Below, one piece after another: positions 47,801 through 59,400 of a stretch of 64,000 nucleotides of DNA (its first letter is position 1; each line of letters opens with the position of its first letter). A program made the translations under genes and the position numbers. Source of the DNA: Antedon mediterranea (taxonomy: Eukaryota > Animalia > Echinodermata). The notes beneath the pieces were generated by a model that worked only from the letters and a program-made list of their open reading frames with translations, ran no database searches and was not told the origin of the DNA. The DNA is taken from NCBI RefSeq assembly GCF_964355755.1, contig NC_092678.1, forward strand, positions 13,018,352-13,082,351. The letters are read 5' to 3'.

Positions 47801-50800
47801 CTACAGGCTAATTTAGATGAAAAGGCAGACTCGCAGGATATGGAAGTACTACAAAATCGGGTAGACGAACTGGAAAATAGGCAACGGAGGAACAACATAG
47901 TTATTTTTGGCATTCCAGAGCAGTCGGAAGGTAATAACTGTTCAGATTATATTCTAGGATTCTTTAAAACATACCTGAAAGTGGATAGTAATAGGCATAT
48001 GGACATAGAACGAGCTCACCGTACCCCGACATTCCTGCCCACAGGTGGTAAACGAGCCAAGTATCCGAGGCCAATACATATTGCCTTCAATAAATTCACC
48101 GACAAAATTAAAGTAATGAAGGGAGCTGTAAACTTGAAAAACAGTCCCTTTTCTGGAAAAAAAGTTTGGATAACGGATGACTTTACCCCAAATCTGAGAA
48201 TAAAGAGGAAGCGGTTGTGGGCCAAACGTAAGAGACTGTTAGAGGAGAAACCCGGCAGAAAAGTTTTCTTAAATTACCCGGCTGTATTAAGAATTGTAGA
48301 AGAAGACGGAAGTTCGAGACTAGTGCAGTAAATCTGTCTGTATAAGGCTGTAATTTAACTTTAAAAACATAACTCTGTGTCGCTATATGATATATTAATT
48401 TATCCAACAATGTACTGATATTGTATGTATGCCTGTTAGGGGTATATCAGTGATGATTGTATTGATACTTATCTTTTTTCGCTACTTTTTTCGTTGCTTA
48501 AAAAAGAAAATTAGGCTATTATTATATTTGAAGAGAATTTATGTTTCGGGGGTATGGAAGGGGGAAGGATATACCGGGTTTTTTTATCCTTTGTTGGGTG
48601 GGTTTTCTTTGTTTCTCTTTTTTTATTTTATTTTATTTTTACTCTATAACAAAAAAAAACTGAACACATATGCTAATTTTAACACGAGGTATGATCGAAC
48701 AATTGGTAATCTGAATACAAAAGTAATACGCATTGCCACAGCACAGGGCTATTTTGGACTGCGATTACATACAAATTTTACTTTACCTAATGATCTTGGA
48801 AAATGTAGTTGCCCACTGATAATTAATAATAAAAATTACTGGATACTTGAGGTTAATACTAATTACGACTCTTTCATTTCGGCCGGAACATGGTGTATAG
48901 ACATTGTTGGGCCCCTTAAAAACTTCAGAAAAAATACTGTTAAAATAAAAGAAAATATAGGAGAGCAATCAAGTAAACTTATAATCGTCTGTAATAAAAA
49001 TTTAATTAACATAAAATGCAAATTTTACGAACGTAGTAAAATACAATGCAATAGAATCAGTCCGTTACTCATCGAAGCTAAAACAATTTTTGGACTGCTA
49101 TGGTTTATGGTTGTTGCACAAAACAACCATTATGACACCATATATACCCTTGCTTTATTATTTTATCTACCGTTATATATAAACAAAATAAGTAAAAAAA
49201 TAACAATAAAAAATGTCTAATAATAATAATACGCTATCAATAGTTTCAATGAACTGTCGAGGTCTAGCAGAAAAACCAAAACGCAGAGATGTGTTACACT
49301 ATCTAAAGTCAAAAAAATACAATATTATTTGCCTCCAAGATGTACACTTCTCGGCAGAAACTGAGTCACTTGTTAGATTGGAGTGGGGCCTTGATTGTTT
49401 TTTTAGTTCATATCGTAGTAATGCAAGGGGAGTCGCAATCTTTTTCAATAATAACTTTCCCTACACTGTTACAAAGCATAAAAAAGATAATGATGGAAAT
49501 ATGTTAGCTTTGGAGGTAAAGGTTGACGATCTAAAATTTACGCTAATCTCAATTTATGGGCCCAACAACGACACCCCCGGTTTTTACGACAAAATGAGGG
49601 AAGTTGTTTTAGAATATGAAAACCCACATAATATCGTTTGCGGCGACTGGAACTGTATTTTGGACAAAAAATTAGACTGTAAAAATTACCTAAAACTTAA
49701 TAATCCAAAGGCAAGAGAAAAGATAATAAATATTTGTAGTGAATTTAATCTTACAGATGTTTGGCGTGTTTACAACCGAGATGAACAAAAGTTTACCTGG
49801 AGACAGAATAAATTCAATAAACAAGCCAGGCTTGATTATTTCCTAATCTCATCTGAACTAAACAGCAAAATGCTGGATTGTAATATAAAACCAGGTTACC
49901 GAACCGATCACTCACTCGTAGATATTAAAATGACGATGAACCAGATAAAATACGGGCCAGGATACTGGAAATTTGACAATACCTTATTAAAAGATATTCA
50001 ATACGTGCAACAAGTTAAAGAAACCATAAATAGAGTCCTAAAACAATATATAGTGCAAAACGAAAAAGATAATAAAGATGCTAATAAAGCGCTGTTTAGC
50101 ATCAGTGATCAACTTCTTTTAGAAATGATATTAATGGAAATTAGAGCAAAAACAATTTCTTACGGGGCTTATAAGAAAAAGATTGAAAATAAAAAAGAAA
50201 AAGAATTAGAAAGGGAAATAGAAAAAATAACACTTGATATCAATAAGGGCGACGCCACGTTAAATGGTACACTAGAAATTAAGTCCGGCGAACTTATGAG
50301 TATCAGAAAAGTGAAGATGGAAAGAATAATGATGAAAACTAAACTTAAATGGATCGAAGAAGGCGAAAGGCCGACCAAATTTTTTCTTAATATGGAAAAG
50401 AAAAATTTTGTTGATAAAACTATAAATAAAATAGTAAAGGAAAGCAACAAATAATTTCTTCCGAGTAAAAATACCAAAGGAAGAATCGTTTGTGTCAATG
50501 GGGTTCACTCTATTAGTATAGTTTATCGGTCAGTTTCCCATGACTTTATGTAAACTGTTTGGATGGGATGACCATGAAGCTACCGATTTATGATATCCTC
50601 AGGGTAGAATGGTATTCAAAGTATGACTGGTAAACTCATTAAATTCTAGGCGTGTGGTTTAATTCTGAAGCACGACATTCGCTTCATAACCGTCTCCGGA
50701 CAAACATCGCATTTATTAAGTTTGCTGTATAAAACTTGGTTAGAATTTGCCAATAACTTTAATGGGAAGGCCATGATTTTAGAAGAAATTTGGTTATCTT

Positions 50801-53800
50801 CTTCAACCCTCAATTTATTTACTGATGCATCGGGCTCAATCGGGTGCGCAGGGGTTCTCAATGAAAAGTGGTTTGCGATTCGTTGGCCAATTTACATGCA
50901 ACATCACTCAATCGCCGCGAAAGAAATGTTCCCCATTGTTTTAGCTCTCGAATTATGGGGCCATCGGCTATCTAATAAATTCATCCTATTTCAGTCCGAC
51001 AATCTAGCGGTGGTATATATCATAAATAAGAAAACCGCTAGAGATAACGTGCTACTACGTCTACTAAGACGATTAATACTCTGCTGTCTAAATCACAACA
51101 TTTATTTTAGAGCCCAACACATTCAGGGGGTCAAAAATGTTCTGGCTGATTGGTTATCTCGCTTCAAAATCGACAAAGCTTTACAAACCTTTAAGCAGTT
51201 GGAAATTATTCCATCTGTCGTACCCTCCTCGTTTATTTATATTTAATTTATTTTAATTTTCCCCTTTTACAAATAGTTATCCACTTTTTATTCATAGGAC
51301 CTTCAACAAGGGATGATGACATTTTGTGGCCTTCACGTGCAAACTTGTCACAATCAGCTCGTCAATTAATCAAAGCGTCCTTGTCAACTTCATCTCGTAA
51401 GGCTTATTTACGAAGTTGGGAATTACTCAATAGGTGGTCGGTAGATAAAAGAACTCTACCGCTACTTCCAACCCATCTCTGTAACTTTATTGCATTTTTA
51501 TTTGAGAAAGGGTACGCTCCAAGCACTATTCATTCTCACGTTTCGGCTATTTGTTTCATTCACAAAATTCACAGCTTTCCTGACCCTTCCGATTCTTTTC
51601 TGGTTAAGAAAACTCTCCGCGGCATGCATGCTTCGGCAAATTCAAAAGACACACGCTTGCCTATTACAATTGATATCCTTAGAAAATTAATCAGGGCCCT
51701 AGATACTACAGTTACGTCTAGAAAAATGAGAATGCTGTTGTCAGCATTTTTCTTAGTAGCATTTCAGGGTTTCATGCGAGTGGGCGAATTAGCGGCTCGT
51801 TCGGGTATGGAAGCAAAAGTGCTCCAACGCGATGATATTACATTCACTTCCACGGGTATGAACTTAACATTACGCCATTCTAAGACTTCTACGGGAAAAC
51901 CTCCGATCATTGTAAATATTACATCACAAACAAATAAGGCGTTTTGCCCTGTACACCACCTTCGGGTGTATTTAGATTCCTTCGGTCATACGCACGGTCC
52001 TCTATTCCAACACATGAACGGTAAACCAGTGACACCACAATTCGTATCATCGTGCATTAAGACAGCAATTTCTTGTATTGGGTTAAACACTAATTTATAC
52101 AAAGGCCATAGTTTTAGAATAGGAGCGGCTACGCACGCCGCAGGTCTTGGGCTGTCAGAGCATATAATTCAAAAGATGGGGCGTTGGTCCTCCGATGCCT
52201 TTAAAACCTATATACGGATACATTCCTTCAAAATCTAGTTTACCACATAAAACACGGCGTTTGGCCGAACATACCGAGCGTATGGCTCTTGATAATGAGT
52301 TTGTGGCTCTTGATAATGAGCGTGTGGCTCAAGAGTAAGGTCTTTTACATTAAAATAGACGTTTGTAACTTTGGTAGTTAACTAAGTACTGTATTAGTAC
52401 TGGTATGTTAGATGATACTGTTTCGTTTTAAATTTCCTTGTCTTTTTTTTTTTCTTTCTTTCTTGGTTTTGTTTGGGTGCTCCCATTTCCAATGGGTTCT
52501 GGCCTTTTTGGCACCCACGATTATAAGCATGTATCATTATATCATTATATTTTATTTTATATTAATTTAAACTACTGTGTTAACTACAGTTTTGATTTCA
52601 ATGTTTATGTTTCTATTCGATCAATTATTATTATACATGTTTAACCTGTAATTTAAGGGCAGAGAGTGAACCCACATTTCGTAGGGAAGATCAATTCTCT
52701 CGTAATTTTTATTGCTTCCCTACTTTGCGTCATTATCAAATAAAATGGCATTTGACACTAAACTTGTTTCGTATTTTTGTGAGAGCCAGTTGTCACAAAA
52801 TAATTTCTTCCGAGTAAAAATACCAAAGGAAGAATCGTTTGTGTCAATGGGGTTCACTCTATTAGTATAGTTTATCGGTCAGTTTCCCATGACTTTATGT
52901 AAACTGTTTGGATGGGATGACCATGAAGCTACCGATTTATGATATCCTCAGGGTAGAATGGTATTCAAAGTATGACTGGTAAACTCATTAAATTCTAGGC
53001 GTGTGGTTTAATTCTGAAGCACGACATTCGCTTCATAACCGTCTCCGGACAAACATCGCATTTATTAAGTTTGCTGTATAAAATAATTTCCCGCCTCCAC
53101 CCCTTACTCCACCGGTGTTATCGTACGGTGTTTTATAAGTTTGGCCTTTTTGGCACCCACGATTATAAGCATGTATCATTATATCATTATATTTTATTTT
53201 ATATTAATTTAAACTACTGTGTTAACTACAGTTTTGATTTCAATGTTTATGTTTCTATTCGATCAATTATTATTATACATGTTTAACCTGTAATTTAAGG
53301 GCAGAGAGTGAACCCACATTTCGTAGGGAAGATCAATTCTCTCGTAATTTTTATTGCTTCCCTACTTTGCGTCATTATCAAATAAAATGGCATTTGACAC
53401 TAAACTTGTTTCGTATTTTTGTGAGAGCCAGTTGTCACAAATAGTATTCTGCAAAACACAAATGAAATTCTTGTTGAGTCTAGACAATTTTATAAAAACC
53501 TTTATTCCTCAAACCACAATACAGATGATGAAAAAAATATTGTAAAACTTCTTAAAACTATGAATACATTACCAACATTAACAAAAGAACAACAAAATAA
53601 AATTGAAGGGCCAATTACTTATAACGAACTTTTAGTGGCTCTTAAGAGGTCACAAAATGGAAAGTCACCTGGTATTGACGGCTTTAGCTATGAGTTTTTT
53701 AAGTTCTTTTTTGCGGATTTAGTTTACTATCTTTTGAGAGCTATTAACGAGTCGTATAACTCAGGTCAACTGTCAACTTCCCAAAAGTCAGGAATAATTA

Positions 53801-56428
53801 CTTTACTCCCTAAGAGGGATAAACCCAGAGAGTATCTAAAAAACTGGAGACCTATTACCCTGTTAAGTGTCACTTATAAACTTGTTTCGTCATGCATTGC
53901 AGAACGAATAAAATCGGTCCTTGATATATTAATTAGTGAACAACAGAAAGGATTTATTAATGGGAGATATATAGGCGAAAATACAAGACTTATGTATGAT
54001 GTTATTCAAATTTGTGAAAAGAAGAAAATCCCTGGTCTGCTTTTACTGATAGACTTTGAAAAAGCGTTCGACTGCATTTCTCACACATTTGTTAACTGCG
54101 TTCTTAAACATTTTAACTTCGGACAATCCATTCAAAAATGGGTGAAAGTACTATATAAAGATGCAAGATCCTCAGTTCTTGTCAATGGCTTTCTCTCCGA
54201 ATCATTCTTAATCGAAAGAGGATGTAGACAAGGGGATGGGCTGAGTCCATACCTGTTTCTTCTGTGCGCAGAAATTTTATCCTCAATGATATCTGAAAAT
54301 AAACAAATTAAAGGAATATCAATTGCAAATCATGAGTATCGATTATCTCAGTATGCGGACGACACTGTATTGTTTCTTGACGGTAAAGAGAAGTCAATGC
54401 ACGAAGCATTTAAGACTCTCGACGTATTTTCCAAAATTTCCGGGCTAAAAGTGAATGTGAACAAAACAAATGCAGTCTGGGTTGGCTCTTTTAAAGACCG
54501 AGGTGACTCAATATGCGAAAACTATAATATAAAATGGATCAAACATGGAGAACCCTTTGAATCATTGGGTATTCGGTTCAGTACAAATTTAAATAAAATG
54601 GTAGATTTGAACTATGAAGACGTATATAAATCAATTAAAAATACAATGAGACATTGGTCAAAAATAAACTTAACTGTTTTGGGAAGAATCACGGTAGTGA
54701 AGTCTTTATTACTGTCCAAACTTACCTATATCCTTTCGACATTACCCGATCCCCCTGAAAATGTAATAAAATCACTTAAGTCAGAACTATATCGTTTCAT
54801 ATGGAAAGGGGTGGATAGAATATCCAGAGATCAACTTATACAAGAAAATAAATTTGGAGGCTTACGAATGGTCGATATAAACGCATATATTCAATCGGTA
54901 AAAATCACGTGGGTTAGACGGTTAGTAACGTCCAATGAGACGGGATGGGCTCTTTTAGTTCCACTCGTGTTGAATATTCATAAAACTTGGCTCATAGAAG
55001 GCGGATCATCGAAATTAATCAAATTAGCGAAGGTTAAGCCTTACAATGCATTTTGGCTGGATGTAATAAAGGCGTGGTGCGTATTTGTGAAACACAACAC
55101 TCCTATGAGCACCGAATCGATATGTAGACAAACACTCTGGATGAATGATAATATTAAAGTCGGCGGAGAAAGTATCTATTATAAAAACTGGAGTAATCAT
55201 GGGGTGAATTTTATAAATGATTTAGTTGATAGACATGGAATAACTCCATTAAAACAACTTAGTAAACGTCATAATCTTAACATCAACTTTCTTCAATATG
55301 AAGGCCTAATACATGCGGTCAGACAACATACGTCTTTATATCAAATTTCTCCAAAAGGAAAAATAAATAGCCCACTACTACCTTTTAACCTTAGCGTAGT
55401 AATAAAAAATAAAAAAGGATCAAAGCTAATTTATAATACTCTAATCAACTCTAGAAAAAAACAATCGAAAGCTAAAATTAAGTGGGAGAAGGCATTGGAT
55501 ACTTTATATGTTGATAAAGAGTGGGAAATTATTAATACCATGTTTTTCTCACTTACTATGTCCACACCACTAATCTGGTTTCAATATAAAATTATGCATA
55601 GAATTTTAGGTAATAACTCCTTTTTGTATAAAATTGGGAAAATTGACTCACCTTTATGTGCTTTATGTAAAGCAGAAACAGAAACCTTAATACATATTTT
55701 TGCACAATGCTGTGAAATTAAAATATTTTGGAGAAAGATTAAACAATGGTTGAAATCATATTTTAATATAAATGTAATTATCAACCCCGAATTATGCCTT
55801 TTTGGAGTTAGAAAAAAACCATTTAAAGCCCTAAATACTATTTTACTAATTTGTCGACACTACATATATAGCTGTAAAATGAGAAAAATTAAGCCCAATA
55901 TTGTTCGATTCGTGAATGAGATTAAGTTACACGTTAAACAAGAAGAATTTATTTTGAAAACCAAAGGGGAGCATCATACTTACTTAAACAAATGGAGTCC
56001 TTTCTTGGAAAAACATGAACTTATTGACTGGTAACTTTGCATTAAAAAAAAAAGGACTTAGTACTGTTTTTTATAATATGTTTTTTAATCCTGAATTATT
56101 TATACACTTTTATGATCTGTTTATTTAGTAAGTTATAACTATATATTTGAATAAGAAAGTTTTATGTTTAATTAAATTATTTAGTTGAAATATGTTATAA
56201 AAAAAAAAATTGACAACAAATTATTTATAGACTTTGTTTTTAAGAAAAAAGAAAAAGTAGATTTATATTTATTACATCATGAAATTATTTATAGTTTGTT
56301 CTTAAGAGAAATGTATATTATATATTATTATTATTTAAAAAGTGTTATTATTTATATTGTGTATTACTATTAATAAGAAAGTGTTATTATTTTAAGCTAT
56401 TTTTTAAATTTAAATATGAAAGTGTTCA

Positions 56429-56465
<37 letters not shown>

Positions 56466-59400
56466 GTAAAACATTTACGATTTAATACTTTGTTAAAACT
56501 CTCACTGTCATTGTCGATTGAAATAGTAAAGTACATGTAACGATACACCACTACGTACGTTTATATATTTTTAAATAATTAATTAATACAAACGTTGAGA
56601 AGCAACTGTCAGTAATAACGTTTATTTATTTGTATATTATATGTTTATAATCTAACAGTAGGGCCTACCCACACTCACAGTAATAAAGTTTATTTGTATA
56701 TTTGTTTATATTATATCTAACAGTACCAACACTCACAGTAAGAAATTTGCGATTCAAATTGCGATCAAAAGTGGTTAATACCTTAACAGTATTGTACAGC
56801 ATTGCAATACTATTATGTTTATTCTCCAAGGGGGCCCATAAATCTAAATCTATACCTCTATGGTTAAACCAAATAATTTGGAATGTTCCATTCATCACAA
56901 ATCAATACATTTGTAAAAACGTATATTACATGTATCAAAATAGCATTTTTTTTAAAGAAAATCGGCCTGTCTTCAACATTATGATGCTGTACTCGAACTG
57001 TTCAACCGGTTTTCAGCTATTAAAAACAATTATCGTAGGAGGAGATAGGAAAATGCGAAGTGTCCTCGTATTATTGTGTGCGGGTATTTTTCAAATTGAC
57101 ATCCATTAGGCAGTGTATACCACGATCGGAAAACACCCCTATTTGGGGAAAATCGTTGAACCTAAATTCGTTTTAATCGTCAATAACTAATTATCAAACT
57201 CAATTCAATTAGTAAACAGGGTTACATCAGGTGGTTTAAATGAGTACCGAAAGTACGAACCAACTTTATATACCATCGAGTAAACATTCTAGAAATAACG
57301 CATGATTTACCGATTTTTGCCCTTACGTAAATTTATATATAGATACTTACATGCGTTATACTGTTTATTTACGTTTTTTACACAGGAAACTCCTTTGGTT
57401 CAAGTTATTCTGGTATTGTACCGGCAAATATTCCTATTAGTAGTGGTGGAAGTTATAGCGGTAGGTTCCAAGCACGTCTGACAGTATGCAATATAATAAT
57501 GAAGGGAAAGTTATTTCACATCAAATAAACAAATTCAAACATTCATTTTCTGCCGATGCTATAAATATAATATTATCCTTGTATTTATTTATTTTTTTAA
57601 ACAGTAAAAATAGTAAACAATAACATTATTTTACTCAATAATATGTTTCTAATGTGAAAAGCAACAGCATTAGAAATCATTAATTACCGAAGTAATCTTT
57701 TTGAGACGTTAATTCTATGAACTATTACGATTTAACTTTAAAGACATTTAGGTAAACTCATTCTTCAAAATACGTCTATTTTTATGTTACAGTTCAAAAA
57801 ACAAAGGGGACTAGGCCTACACATAGTGAACGTTTTCAAAATTTCATGAGTGGGGCTGGAGGTAAGTTATAGAAGACAAAACCATACCTGATTTTCAAAG
57901 AATTAACTAGTACTAGAGGGTGAGCTCGCTTCGCTCGCTCCCCCTCTAGGAAGTGTAGAAGATGGTTCTCGGAATGATAAAAATGTTCTCCTTGTACGTT
58001 TTCTGTCGGTTACCATTATTAAAAATGCTTGACATTCGTAAAACTAAACTACTCTGTTTCACAGTGTTTTAGAGGGAGGTGCTTATTCGAGGGATATATG
58101 TTAATTTGTTTAGTTTTAATAATAATTATGGTAAAATTTATAATAAAATGAAATCCTCTAATAGATATGAAAAGTAGTAAAAAAGAATAACAAATGCTTG
58201 GTAAATTGTAGATAACAGTGCGATGAATTCTACTACAAATAGTATAATGATTATCATTCAAAGTGATGTTTTATGGGGAGAGGCGTTTATTCAAATAAAT
58301 ACTATCCTAATAATTATTAATACATTATTTAATTTAAACATCTTTTGAAACTAACTGCCGTGGCAGAGTGGCCCAAGAAAGAAGACACTACGGCTTGCAA
58401 CATGGGCAGATATCTCGGTCCTAACGGGACACAGATAGCCTACAAAAAACAAAAAAAACAAAATTCAATATCTTCCTAAGATAGAAATATTGAAAAATAG
58501 CGTCGATGTGAAAATTAATGTTATCAAATCTACGTTTCGCGGTACATCTATTTTTTGTATTGCTTAATGTAGGCTAATTGTATCCAATCATTTTCTGGTA
58601 TTAGTCGTCAGTCCTCCTCGAATAGAATATCTTTTAGCAGGTCCCGGTAAGTTAACCTCTCAACTAATTCACTGTTATCTACTTATAACGCCTAAAGTGC
58701 CATTTTTCAAATGTTAGATAAAATATTTGTATGATTTTGATTTAGTATCAAAGTTTCACAGTGTAATATTCTCGCACACACAAACACTGTTTATGATTCA
58801 TTATACACATATAGATGCCTTTCTAATGTCATCTTTTAAAGATTTTGTTTCTAAAGTAATACTAATAAAAAAGGACGCAGCCACATTATATAAGTATGGC
58901 ATTGATATTGCATTAATTGAATTAGCATGCGTTGTGATTCACAGCTCCAACAATATTTTCTTTTCTTTTCAGCATTTCTACTATCTAACTTCGAAACGAG
59001 TAAGTTCTTTTTCTATTCATTTCAAGTTGAAAGAAAATGCAACACAATTTGTTTTAAGTTAAGCGACAAAAAGTAGGGCCTATAATAAACATTATGAATT
59101 TGAATTACTGTCTTTAGTCCTAGATAATAAGATGTTTTTTTTAAATTTACTAATTACTATGATTAGCCTTTCTGTATAATATATTAACTATTAGGAACGA
59201 AAAGAACATTTCTTGGAGTCAAACTATTACAACTTGTGTGATGATATTCAGTTGTTTATTATATTATGATAGGCCTACTCTGTTTTAAATATATGTATAT
59301 AATTTGTACATTTATATATTTGTTTGCACTGATGAAGGGCTAGTGTTGCCCGAAAGCTCTGTTAACTTTTCTGGCTGTTTTACTTCTCGTTTTGATTTAG

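Larger units (their letters stand above)
50450..53440 (+). mobile_element. Tyrosine-recombinase retrotransposon with split direct repeats (Ngaro/PAT-type, DIRS order), gag/RT-deleted
   Basis: A1 50452-50734 = A2 52801-53083 (283 bp); B1 52500-52798 = B2 53142-53440 (299 bp). Order A1-RH-YR-B1-A2-B2. No TSD. Confidence 0.9.
49213..56034 (+). pseudogene. L1 ORF2 copy 2, split by the insertion at ~50450-53440
   Basis: The 5' part (49213-~50449) carries the complete APE N-terminus (SMNCRGL). The 3' part (~53441-56034) carries RT and the CCHC finger. Removing the insert restores the copy-1 sequence AAGCAACAATAGTATTCTG. Confidence 0.92.
47430..56458 (+). mobile_element. L1-clade element copy 2, full length, interrupted by a YR retroelement
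   Basis: Nearly identical to copy 1. TSD AAATACAGTAAAA at 47417-47429 and again after the poly(A) tail, ending at 56471. Confidence 0.95.

Noticed and set aside
51324-52238. Phage integrase, prophage or bacterial contamination
   Set aside because: The adjacent DIRS-type RNase H and split direct repeats identify a eukaryotic YR retroelement.
52438-53545. Short ORFs sharing GLFGTHDYKHV
   Set aside because: They are translations of the non-coding B repeats.
17639-56471. Genes A and B as a haplotype duplicate or misassembly, with the L1 inherited through the duplication
   Set aside because: Exons and introns are clearly diverged while the L1s are almost identical with different flanks. Read-level checking is still advisable.
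56702-57109. 135-aa ORF, and similar intronic or intergenic ORFs (17247-17492, 37761-38153, 58727-59062)
   Set aside because: No recognisable motifs, non-ATG starts and compositional bias.
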